Shown here: positions 28,599 to 39,000 of the stretch, in pieces | How positions within the stretch are numbered: position 1 is the stretch's first letter | Layout: each line of letters starts with the position of its first letter | Notes under the pieces: generated by a model | Seen by the model: only the letters and a program-made list of their open reading frames with translations | Databases searched by the model: none | Told to the model about the DNA's origin: nothing | Assembly (NCBI GenBank): GCA_041736175.1 | Contig: JBGSUI010000234.1 | Coordinates: forward strand, 1 to 64,000 | DNA from: Oligoflexales bacterium | GTDB taxonomy: Bacteria; Bdellovibrionota_B; Oligoflexia; Oligoflexales; CAIYRB01 | Length of the DNA stretch: 64,000 nt | Direction of reading: 5' to 3' | Program-made: the position numbers and the translations under genes

Positions 28599-31442
28599 AT
28601 GATGCGTTTTTTAATCTTACTGTTTCTGCTTGTTCAGGCTACTTGTACGCGCAGTTCAAGTAGCAAGACGCAAACTGTTGACGATAGTTTGACGATCGTC
28701 GGGCGGTTAGTCAGCAATCAGGGGGTTGGGCAAGGCAACACCCAGATTTATGCAGGCTTTCTGAGCACGCCGATTGGGACATCGGATTCCCAGGGCAATT
28801 TTAGCATCAATATGACGTCTACCTTAAGACAAGAGATAGCGAACTCCTACGAGATTAGCGATCATTCGTCGGAGTTTTTTCTGTACTTTCTGAACCCCGA
28901 TGCTGCCATGGCCGCTTCCACTACACCTATAAGCTTTCAAGCCAATGGCGAGATCAACCTAGGTCTCCTCGTGAGTTCTGAAGAGGGTACATACTCGGGT
29001 AGGGTTATGTCTAGTGGGCCAGGACAGGAGTTAAGGCCCTCGCCAGGGATTCAAGTTTCCTTAGGCCCCCTTAAAGTCACCACAGATCAAGACGGAGTCT
29101 TTACATTTTCTAAAGCTCCGTTAGGCACAGCTTCTCTTAAGGTCGTCAACCAAACAGCCCAAGGGATTAGTGTTCAGCATTCAAAAATCACTGTAGAACC
29201 CAAAAAAACCACTCAGCCTCCCAGTGAAAACAACTCGGCAGATCCGTCTAAACAGACGGAGGATCAGGTTCCAGTCAATAATACAGTCGTGATCTTTAAC
29301 AGTACCAATCCTGCGGGACTGTTGATTGCACGTACCGGACAAATTTCTACCAATGAAAGTATCAAACCCACGACTGTGGCAAGCTCACTGACAAGCCTTA
29401 AATTTAGGGTTTACAATAATGCGGGAGCTCGGTTTATCCGCTTTCACCATACTCGCGTAGCTCTGGAATCGGCGCCAGCTAAAGGGCCAGGACAGACGAG
29501 CGCTAGTATTGCCGAATGGAAAAGCATTGAATCCGAGATTCAGTATGATTTCCCAAGCGATGGAGGCCAAACACTTTATTATCAATTTGCAGATCAAAAC
29601 AAAGAAGTATCAAGCGACATCTTTAAAGTCGAAGTCAATGTGGATGTTTTCAGTGATTCTGATGGATTTACAATCGAAGATGGAGCTGAATCTACAAAAA
29701 AGCCAGTGATCGATCTCAAGATAAAACTCCCCAAGGCAGCCATTGCCATGCGCCTAGCCGAGTCATTGGCGGGACTCGCTTCTTCTCCCTGGCAGCGGGC
29801 CGTTGACTCTTATAAATACCCTTTTTTAACTAAAGTGAGGGATGTTCCAGGGTCTGATTTGATGGTCAGAGAAATCTTTATGCAATTTAGAGATCCATTT
29901 GGCCGGGAAAGTCGAATGTACCGCCAACAGGTTATGCTCGATATTTTTGCTGGATTTGATTTTATTGTAGGCGATGGTACCGGCACTGTGCGAGCGCGGA
30001 ATCTTGATATCCGGTTAACTTTTCCAGCCGAAGTGACTGGAATTAGAATTTCTGAAAACAGAGAATCCTTGCAAAAAGCATTCTGGCAACATCCGGAACG
30101 GCAAATGACTTATGCTTTAGCAGTTCGCCAGGACCAGTCGACGGGATTTTTCCTGTTAGGAGGTCGCCGGGAGATCTGTATCCAGGCCAATGCTGTGGGA
30201 GGAATCGAAAGTCCTGTTCGATGCCAAGGCTTTAACGTCGAGCTTTTTAACCATTCCGAAGGCCAATTTGTTGTAAATGATGGTTTAAGCATCGCGACCA
30301 GCCGGCTGGTTAAAGTCAATATACAAATCCCCGAAAATGCCCATGAAATGCGTGTTTTTGAGAATGGTCCTGACACAACCTCAGCTTCTGACACCGTCGT
30401 ATTGTTTCCCGGAGCGGGTCTGGCACGGTCGACAAATGCTGAGCGGGCTTGGCTGGTCCCTGTCAATCAGCTCAACTATGTCTTTAACACCATTGGGTCT
30501 CGGGTCTTATATCTCCAATTTCGCAATGTGGATGGCATCGTTAGCTCGATCTACCAACAGTCGGTGGTGATTTTGCCCGTTCTTGAGGCCTACCAGAATA
30601 CCAGTATTACCTTAAACAGCAATTCACCAGTTACCATGTTTCCATATATTGGGGTCACTATTTTGGGATTACCCCAAACAGCCACCGCGATGCAGGTCGC
30701 AGTCAACGCCCCACCCAATGTCTTAAATCTCGGAGCATGGCAGGCCATCCAACCATACGTCGAGGTCCCCATCGCGACCCCAGGACCTAAAACAATTTAC
30801 GTTATTTTTAGAAACAGTGACCGAGAATTAAGTCCCTCTTTTATGCGCGTGATCGAGTACCAGCCCTTTCCAAACGAAAGCATGAGTCTTGTGGTCAATA
30901 ACGGGGCACCTGTCACTTATGACTCCCAGGTCTTAGTCCAAGTCCAGGCACCGCCGAGTGCAAGTGCTATGCGCTATACCTGTCTTGACGAAGCTCTTGA
31001 TACCCTAATTTACCAAGTCTTTAGACCTAGTTTTGAGTGTAGCCTGGGTTCGGCCTATGGTTCTAATAAGCGAGTTCGCATCCAATTTAGGACGGCTAAC
31101 CAGATCGATGAAAGCCCTTTTATCGAAAGTCCACTTTTTGAGTATAAAGAGGCTTTTCCGATCCACTCCCTTTCGGTAGTGATCGAAGATGGCAAGGCCC
31201 TTGTGACCAACCCACAGGTAAAGCTGAGGATTCTCGCGCCGAACCCTCCCGCCAAATGGATGCGTATTTCCCATGTTTCCAAGGCCGACCTACTAAGTCT
31301 CCCGTGGGATCCCTATAACTCGGATGTCATTTATGATCTCCCAGCGGTAGATGGGGACTATACCGTCTATGTCCAGGTAAAGACTGATTCAGGCATTGAA
31401 AGTGCAGTCTTCTCAGATAGCATTCAGCTTGACGTTCCCTAA
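28599..31442 (+). CDS. Large secreted protein or lipoprotein with carboxypeptidase-regulatory-like domains and about 7 tandem Ig-like repeats
   Basis: Signal ending LVQATC; GRLV...SDSQGNF and GRVM...TDQDGVFTF domains; about 100-aa repeats (I/V)xxG...MR...W...xxxQF(R/K)...ES. Confidence 0.7.
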   Translation: MMRFLILLFLLVQATCTRSSSSKTQTVDDSLTIVGRLVSNQGVGQGNTQIYAGFLSTPIGTSDSQGNFSINMTSTLRQEIANSYEISDHSSEFFLYFLNPDAAMAASTTPISFQANGEINLGLLVSSEEGTYSGRVMSSGPGQELRPSPGIQVSLGPLKVTTDQDGVFTFSKAPLGTASLKVVNQTAQGISVQHSKITVEPKKTTQPPSENNSADPSKQTEDQVPVNNTVVIFNSTNPAGLLIARTGQISTNESIKPTTVASSLTSLKFRVYNNAGARFIRFHHTRVALESAPAKGPGQTSASIAEWKSIESEIQYDFPSDGGQTLYYQFADQNKEVSSDIFKVEVNVDVFSDSDGFTIEDGAESTKKPVIDLKIKLPKAAIAMRLAESLAGLASSPWQRAVDSYKYPFLTKVRDVPGSDLMVREIFMQFRDPFGRESRMYRQQVMLDIFAGFDFIVGDGTGTVRARNLDIRLTFPAEVTGIRISENRESLQKAFWQHPERQMTYALAVRQDQSTGFFLLGGRREICIQANAVGGIESPVRCQGFNVELFNHSEGQFVVNDGLSIATSRLVKVNIQIPENAHEMRVFENGPDTTSASDTVVLFPGAGLARSTNAERAWLVPVNQLNYVFNTIGSRVLYLQFRNVDGIVSSIYQQSVVILPVLEAYQNTSITLNSNSPVTMFPYIGVTILGLPQTATAMQVAVNAPPNVLNLGAWQAIQPYVEVPIATPGPKTIYVIFRNSDRELSPSFMRVIEYQPFPNESMSLVVNNGAPVTYDSQVLVQVQAPPSASAMRYTCLDEALDTLIYQVFRPSFECSLGSAYGSNKRVRIQFRTANQIDESPFIESPLFEYKEAFPIHSLSVVIEDGKALVTNPQVKLRILAPNPPAKWMRISHVSKADLLSLPWDPYNSDVIYDLPAVDGDYTVYVQVKTDSGIESAVFSDSIQLDVP

Positions 31443-31595
31443 GGGACTAAAATCCCACCATGCAATTTAAGTACTATGAAATTGATATAATATCTTTTCC
31501 TTGTTTCTGATTCTAGAAATCCACCAGACTCAATGCTAAACCTATGGGTAGATTCAGCCTATGGAGCCAAATCCCAAGGTCGTCTAAAATGAAAC

Positions 31596-34500
31596 TTGGA
31601 CCATATCAATTTAGACGAGACACCCTTGAACGAAGCTGAAGATCTCAATCAAACACTACCGAATGAGCCCCCTATGCCGGATAACACAGAGCCAGTAGTT
31701 AAAACAAGGGCCTGGAAGCAATGGGGGCAGAGGCTTAATTTTAGAAAATATTTTAATAGTGGTTCGAAACCACCCCCCGACGGACCGCACATTCCAAAAA
31801 AGTCTTCTTCAGGCTTCTCAGTTAAAAGAATTTTTGGCAGGATCTTTAAATATAGTTTTGTAACGGTTTGTGTAGCGGTGATAATTACTATCGTTAGTTA
31901 CAATATTTTTCGGCTGATCTATGACGACAACGATATCAAAGCACTTGTTGAGTCGACTGTCCAAACCCAAACCGGTGGAAAACTAGTTATCGGGGATTTC
32001 AGATTTAGGATTCTACGAGGAATCCGGCTCTCTCAAATTGAATTCTATTCAGAGGCACAACCAGCCGCAGATGTCATTCCACTCGCTAAGATTGACAAAA
32101 TGGAGCTGGCCTATTCGATTCCCAAAATTTTTACAGGCCGCTTTCATATTGCCGCCCTTAAGCTCACGCGGCCATCGATCTATTTGACCCAAGAAGGTGA
32201 GTCCTTTAATTTTTCAAAAATCCTTGAGCATCGCAAAAAAAACTTTCCTCAAACCGAGCCTCCACCTCCACCAGAAGCTGAAAAGCCAACTGATGCAGCC
32301 TCAGACTCACCGCTTCCTTTCAATATGGCTTTGCTGTATATGCCTATTGAAATTATGGTCCGCGATATCGGGATCCAAAACTTAGATCTCACCTTTATTA
32401 AATCAGACAACAATCGGGTGATCGAAAAAGTCCAACTCAAAGGCGCTACGATCGATCTCGGAGCCTTTTGGCATTTAGCTAAGAGTAATTTTTGGGTGTC
32501 AGTCTCATCAACCTTTGAAAACCCCCTTCATCTCACGGTGGATGGCCAAGAGACGCCCGCGGGACCACAGCCTAAAGATAAGACCATGGACATGTCAAAA
32601 GGACCCCCGGCCCTCAAAAGACTTATCGAAGTTAAGTCGGCACAGGTCATTCATTTTTCTCTGGAAGACTTCGAGTCTTTAAACCTAGATATTGCTAGTC
32701 GGTTTCCAACTGTAAAGGTCGACAATATTCCTCAAGATAATGCTTCGATCTATATGAAAAGTCGCATTAGAGCTGTGGACAACTACAAGAGAATAGCCAT
32801 TGACACCATAGAAGCCCAGGTTCTCGATGTGGTGACTTATATGATTAAAGGCGAATTGAGCGTTCCCTATCCTAAAATGGAAAAAATATCCCTTAATATC
32901 AATCAATCAGCTTCCTTTGACCTTAAGAAAGCAGCTGAACTCATTTCGCCTTTTGTAAAGGGAATCGGCGCACAGGGCAAAGTTCGTATTGAAAATCTGA
33001 TTGTTAATGGCGATTTGGATTTACTTAAACTCAACGACCCAACCAAGGCGGAGGGTTTGCCAGCATTATCAGGGGTCGTATGGTTAGACCAGGTTAAGGC
33101 TTCTTTAGAAAATTCCGGTCTCAATATGGACCCCCTGTCCGGGCGAATCTCTCTTCTTTCGACCCCTAAGGCGACTCAAAATGGTATTCAGGCCGATCTT
33201 TCTGTGGATCTCAATATCCCAAAGGTGTCCGTCGAAAAAATCCAGGATAAGATCGGAAAAATCGAAGCTGGTGTCAAAAATCTTAGTATCAAGCTCCTAA
33301 GTCGACTCGTTTGGCCTGATGCTGTTTTGCCGATTGTTAAGCTAGATCTCGAAGCCCAGCATGTCACGGCTTCTGGCGCCAAGATAGCTCCAGTTGACGT
33401 GCCGCTTTTTCTGAATATCAATGCCGAAGGCGATAAAAATCTCAGTCAATTGGCGATGGTCCAAAACTTCCAACTCGGTAACTTAGCCGAAATCTCAGCT
33501 ATGTTTGACTGTCAACAGTCCTGTAGTCGATTTAGGGCAAACTTGATGGCTCGACTAGAGTCCTTTACACGTCTTTATGCCATTGTTGCCCCTACCAAAG
33601 GAACGATCATTCCGGAAAACTTTGCGCCTAAAGACATCGAGGGCAACTTGGACTTCCAGTTTAATGCTAAAGGTCAGATCCCGAACCCACTTAAATCTCC
33701 TCTCGCAACCATCCTCAAAGAAGGGGATGTCCGTTTTAGTTTACAGTCGAGGATTTCTAAGCTGTCAACGGTGTTACCTTTTATGAACCTGGCGGTGAAA
33801 TCTTTTGATAACCGTATCTTAGCGAGTGGTGATCTCAAGGAGCAACAGCTAGAGATCTCACAAAAATTTGACAAGTTAAAGCTGAATCTTCCGCCCCCTG
33901 AAGGTAAAACCCAGACTCCTCCTGTACCTTCAAGTGTCGAAGCGGAGAGATACTCTTTTGATTTAGCCGTTAAGAACTCCTTTTCGTCGACGATTGACTT
34001 ACAAAAGCCCCTTGCAAATATGACAACGAAAGTCGAAACATGGCTTTATGCCGGTCGAATCGATTTTCCTGCTGTCCTACCTAAACAGCTTTCGGAATTA
34101 TCCTTTGATACGGTCATCTCTCAGTCCAAGTTGAAATCGATTGACCTGGAGAGTATCAGTCTTAAAATCCCAGACTACGGAACAAGCCTTAAGTTAAGCG
34201 CCCATGCGGAAGTCGCAGAAGATTTTATACCGACCCAATTTTCTACCACAGTTACAAGCCAAATAAATCACAACGGAAACGAGAATCTGCCCGGTGGCAT
34301 AAAAACAGTAGGGCGACTGGACTCTAAAATCTCTTTGAGTTCTCCCAATATGAAACTATTGGCGATCGATGGGTCGATTGGATTTGACAAATTTAGCTTT
34401 GGCCTTTTCGATAAGAAAAATCCTGATATTAAAGTCGTGTCGATTGATGATATCTCGGGTGAAATGCCGCTCAAACAGACGATTAAAATACCCTATATCA

Positions 34501-35486
34501 GAGATATCCTTAATAAACAAAAAGAATCCCCAAAAAAAGCTGAAACTTTAGAAAAGTCCGAGGTTGTCGTTAATGATGACAAAGCGGTGAAAAATATTGC
34601 GTCTAACGACAATATTGGTGGGTCGACTTCAGAAAGTCTCACGGACTCTATGGATCTATATATAGATAAGACAAAAGACAAGTTAAGCGAAAATACCAAT
34701 ACTGTATCACTTGTCGATTACAGCTCGATTCGTCCATTTTTCCCTAAAAAGAAGCCTATTTCGATCCGCAGGGTAGAGGTTGCCAACTTGGAGCTTTCAA
34801 ACCTTGAATTTGATATCGAAGTTAAACAGAATTGGTTTGCACTCAATCAATATATCATCAGCTTTTTAGGGGGGAAAATCCAAGGCGCCTTTTTGCTGGC
34901 TTTCGATGCAAATTTTCCCAATCTTGAAACGATCGCCGCAGACCTTAAAAAAGTTCCTAAATCATTCAGGACTAGCGTCCAACTTACCCGGCTGGATACT
35001 CGCAAATTGATCGATCGATTTCCAAATCTCAAAGGAAAGGGCGATAGTTTCATTTCGGTTTTTTCTAATCCCTACTTAGACGGCACGGTCCAATTATCCT
35101 ATGATATGCTTACCAACGAAATGGGTGGTGGAATCGAGATTACATCCATTGGAAAAGAACAGCTAAAGATGATTTTATATTATGTAGATCCCTTTGAGCA
35201 GAATCCGACGATCAGCGATATAAGATCGGCTTTAAACCTAGGCGAAGTGAGACAAGTTTCTATCCCCATTAAAAACGGTGAAATCGGTATGTCCGTGGAC
35301 GTGAGAGTCTTAGGAGCCCCCTTACCTACACCTAAATTGACCCGCTTTCCCCTCAGCCAAATGATCAAAAACTTTATCGATCAAGGTTCGTCTCAAGATA
35401 AGAAACCAGAGGAGTCGACGGTTGCGCCAAAAAGTGCAGCGGTCTACCGGAAAAAGGAGGAACCCGTCCTATGGTCCAAAAACTGA
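31596..35486 (+). CDS. AsmA/YdbH-like inner-membrane-anchored repeating-beta-groove protein
   Basis: Pro-rich cytoplasmic N-terminus, one TM helix, AsmA-type N-domain (IKALVES..QTGGKLVIGD...IDKMELAYSI...LTRPSIYL), about 1100 aa of beta-rich sequence. Confidence 0.7.
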   Translation: MDHINLDETPLNEAEDLNQTLPNEPPMPDNTEPVVKTRAWKQWGQRLNFRKYFNSGSKPPPDGPHIPKKSSSGFSVKRIFGRIFKYSFVTVCVAVIITIVSYNIFRLIYDDNDIKALVESTVQTQTGGKLVIGDFRFRILRGIRLSQIEFYSEAQPAADVIPLAKIDKMELAYSIPKIFTGRFHIAALKLTRPSIYLTQEGESFNFSKILEHRKKNFPQTEPPPPPEAEKPTDAASDSPLPFNMALLYMPIEIMVRDIGIQNLDLTFIKSDNNRVIEKVQLKGATIDLGAFWHLAKSNFWVSVSSTFENPLHLTVDGQETPAGPQPKDKTMDMSKGPPALKRLIEVKSAQVIHFSLEDFESLNLDIASRFPTVKVDNIPQDNASIYMKSRIRAVDNYKRIAIDTIEAQVLDVVTYMIKGELSVPYPKMEKISLNINQSASFDLKKAAELISPFVKGIGAQGKVRIENLIVNGDLDLLKLNDPTKAEGLPALSGVVWLDQVKASLENSGLNMDPLSGRISLLSTPKATQNGIQADLSVDLNIPKVSVEKIQDKIGKIEAGVKNLSIKLLSRLVWPDAVLPIVKLDLEAQHVTASGAKIAPVDVPLFLNINAEGDKNLSQLAMVQNFQLGNLAEISAMFDCQQSCSRFRANLMARLESFTRLYAIVAPTKGTIIPENFAPKDIEGNLDFQFNAKGQIPNPLKSPLATILKEGDVRFSLQSRISKLSTVLPFMNLAVKSFDNRILASGDLKEQQLEISQKFDKLKLNLPPPEGKTQTPPVPSSVEAERYSFDLAVKNSFSSTIDLQKPLANMTTKVETWLYAGRIDFPAVLPKQLSELSFDTVISQSKLKSIDLESISLKIPDYGTSLKLSAHAEVAEDFIPTQFSTTVTSQINHNGNENLPGGIKTVGRLDSKISLSSPNMKLLAIDGSIGFDKFSFGLFDKKNPDIKVVSIDDISGEMPLKQTIKIPYIRDILNKQKESPKKAETLEKSEVVVNDDKAVKNIASNDNIGGSTSESLTDSMDLYIDKTKDKLSENTNTVSLVDYSSIRPFFPKKKPISIRRVEVANLELSNLEFDIEVKQNWFALNQYIISFLGGKIQGAFLLAFDANFPNLETIAADLKKVPKSFRTSVQLTRLDTRKLIDRFPNLKGKGDSFISVFSNPYLDGTVQLSYDMLTNEMGGGIEITSIGKEQLKMILYYVDPFEQNPTISDIRSALNLGEVRQVSIPIKNGEIGMSVDVRVLGAPLPTPKLTRFPLSQMIKNFIDQGSSQDKKPEESTVAPKSAAVYRKKEEPVLWSKN

Positions 35487-36010
35487 TTAAGAATCTGGCA
35501 CTATTCCTGATCTGGTCTCAGACAGCGTGTACGTTCAATTTCGAATTGACTTCCCAGCGAACCGCCCTTGAAAACCAGGTTCTCGGTAGTTATAAGGAGA
35601 TTGAGGACGAACTCATTCTAGTCTCACCGGTAAGAGGTCAATCAAAGGAGGCGGCCGCAAAAGCTCCCCCCAGTGAAGCAGCTAAAGCTAAGATGAATCA
35701 AGACTTCAACCGAGATGACATCGAAGAACTAAAAAATCTTGGGATCTTAGGGGAGACTTTTGATGGGTCTCTTGCCTTTGCAGATCAAGGGCCTAAGGCA
35801 GATTCTATAAAGACTAAGTTAGCGCGGGATCTTATTGTGGAAGAAAACTCAGACCGAGGACGGATTTGGGCTCATATCATCGCGACCAATCCTAACCTTT
35901 CGCCTAAAGATCTTCCGAATGTGCGACTAACCTATGGCAAAATGATACGCGAAAGATCTCCCCCAGGACATTATTTCCTGACCGAAAACAAGACCTGGAC
36001 CAAAAAATAA
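35471..36010 (+). CDS. YdbL/DUF1318-like lipoprotein with YnbE-like N-terminus
   Basis: Signal ending SQTAC; ELKNLGILGETFDGSL, EENSDR..IW, PGHYF...WTKK fit the DUF1318 pattern. Confidence 0.8.
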   Translation: MVQKLIKNLALFLIWSQTACTFNFELTSQRTALENQVLGSYKEIEDELILVSPVRGQSKEAAAKAPPSEAAKAKMNQDFNRDDIEELKNLGILGETFDGSLAFADQGPKADSIKTKLARDLIVEENSDRGRIWAHIIATNPNLSPKDLPNVRLTYGKMIRERSPPGHYFLTENKTWTKK

Positions 36011-36020
36011 GTGGGATGGA

Positions 36021-39000
36021 TTGATCATGGGAATATTCAAGGAAGCCTCCATTCTTCGCAGGATGACGGCACTTATAAGCGGCGTTTTTCTGGTATTAAC
36101 CACTGCCTTTTGCAGCGGAAGTAAGTATCTGGACGAAATTTATCCCCAAAACCAGCCTCTTTCGGATTCCATCAGCGTACCGGAAAGAGTGACCGCAGGG
36201 AGCGAGTCAAATTTTGCCCCTAATCTATCGCCGAATGGAGCTTATGTTATCTATACCTCGGATAAAACGGGAAACAAGGACCTTTGGGAAAAAAGCACGA
36301 CTGGAGGCTATGGACGACAGCTAACCTTTCACTCAGCCGATGACTTTTCTCCAGTGATCAATAACAAGGGTGACCAAATAGCTTTCGTATCAAGACGAGA
36401 GGATGCAGCCGGAGATATCCATATCAAAGACCTGTCGTCCTCTCCTTTTTCTTTTGCCTCGGGGAACCAATCCGAGGGGACTCTGGAAGTGATCCAATCA
36501 AATATGACTGAGGACACCAATCCGGAGTGGTTTCCAGATTCTTCTAAAATCATTTTTGCGGCCCGTAAGCCCGGAGACAAATATCCACAAATAACAGTTG
36601 CCTCTCTGGACGACTTGATCCCTAAACCCCTTGGCGAAGCCCGAGGGGATCAACCCTCGGTGTCCCCCGACGGAAACCAAGTTGTTTACGTCAAAGATGG
36701 GGGACTCAGACTCTACGATATAGAAGCGGAAAAGGACTATGCGCTCACCGAAGGTGGCTACCTTCAAGATGGCCAGCCGCGGTTTTCAAACAGCGGTGAA
36801 GAGATCGTGTTTATCAGGTATGCAGATGATACCAATAACGACGGCTTTCTAAACGCTGATGATAGGTCTTCCATATGGAAGTTAACTGTTAAATCAGCTT
36901 TAGCTGATAAAAATAAACAAACTTATCTGGTGACTCCACTGACCACGTCGAGTTTTGCAGGGTACAACCCCCAGATGACAAGTCCTTTTCTATACTTAAC
37001 TCTTCAAACCCACAATGGCCTAGATATCTTTAAGCTAAGTGAAAGTGGCCAGATTACTCCAGCTATCGATCTAGACAAACTTAGATCCCAGAGGGATTTG
37101 GCACCTGACCTTTGGTCCAAACTGTACGTTCTTAGATTAGGAGCCACTCATTTTTTTAAACTCAACCAGCAATCTCATGCTGCAGAAGCAGCCCTGATGG
37201 AGTTGGACCTACTATCCAGGAATAGCCGACAGCCCGAATTTATCTGGGCCTATAGGAAATTTAAAGCAACCTTCGGAAACCAATCCCAGTGGACCACGTT
37301 AGCAGATCTCTTTCGACTTAATCTCGAACTTCAGCCCCTTCGCTACCAACTCGGATCGAGCGACCTTACAAAGGACCAAGAAGAAAAGTTAAATGAAGTC
37401 GAGGGTGGCGTCATGGCCATCATTAAGGGCCTACAAGGAAAATCTCAAGCCAATAAACAGCCCTATGACAGTCGCATCACAGCGATGGCTAAATATATCC
37501 GAGCGCAAATAGCAGCGTCACGGAGAAAGTTTTTTGAGTCCTATGCCATTATCGAAGAAATTGTCTTAAATCATCCAGACCAAACAGAAATATGCGCCCA
37601 GGTGCAATTATTTCATGCATCTATGATTCCGGCGACAAGTGATACCAGCACAGCTCTTGAAAAACTCAAAACTGTTGTCCAAAAATATAAGTCCCAAAGG
37701 TCGGTCGCCATAGATGCGGGCTCATTAGCTATTTCTTTAACATCGGCGAGACCCGTTGAACAAACGGAGATTCTAGGTCAACTTAAGGAGTCCGCAAAAG
37801 GGTTGCCGATTTTGCCAGCGATTGCCCATATGAAGATCGCCGAGATATTTGCTTCGGAAAATAAAAAGGCAGTATACGCTAACGAACTAAGGCAAATTGT
37901 AGATCTCTACCCGGATTCTCCCGAGGTGACTTTAGCAGCAGCCGAAAAGCTCTTACCCCTCGAAGAAGCCGATGGACGGTACACAAATTCAGAAGAGTCT
38001 CTTAGGAGACTCTTTGAAAAGATTAAAGGGGATGTGCCGGAATATAAGATGAGAGCAAAAAGCCTGCTTATGGAAACAATACTTCACCATGGGGAATATT
38101 TTTTAAGAAAAAACGCTTTTGCAGATGCTTGTCGAGAATATGAGAAGGTGATTTCCATCGATTCCTTAAACGTGAGTGGCCATAGGGGGCTGGTTGACTG
38201 TAAATTTAAGCTTGGCCAACTTGATGAGATTCTTGATACCTACCAAGAAAAGGCAGAAGACTACCCCAATCATGCGGCCTATGCGTATATTTATGGATAC
38301 GCACTCACCTATCTTATTGATGGCGAAAGCTCGCCTAGGCTTAAGTTGGGTGCCATTGACGATAGCATCGACCAGATCGAGATCGCTAGGTCGATCAATA
38401 GCCAGATCTTGCAGATCCACCAAACCCTTGGTTGGCTCTATTTCCAAAGGGGATACTGGCAAGATCGCTACTATAAATCAGGGTCGGTTTTGGGCTCAGT
38501 GCGCCAAAAAGCTGGCATGGTGCAGAATTTTTTTGGGGTCACCTCTCCGAATTGGCTCCAGCTCTCCATTGACTCATACCATACGGCGTATTTTTTGAGT
38601 AAAGAAAACTCATACGAACGGGTCACGATAGCCCTTAACCTGGGCCAGACTTATTATGAACTTAAAAACTTTCAAAAGGCTCTGACTTACTATTTAGAAC
38701 GTATCAAAAGGCTTGAGGAAATCCCACTAAGAGATCCTCGGACGGAGGGAGTACTCTTTAGGAGAGCAGGTCGTTCGGCCTTTCAGATCGATGAGTTGCA
38801 GCTCGCTGAGAACTTGCAAAAAGAAGCACTCAATCGTTGGGAGAGTCTCAACGATGATCTGGAAGTGTCTTATTCTACGGATGCACTAGCACTCACCCAG
38901 CGAGAGCAAGGAAAATATCGTGATGCCATCAAACTCTACGAAAGACTCCTCGAAGCGACGACTCGAAATAACCAGACTCTTAATAAGCTCGGAGCGTTGT

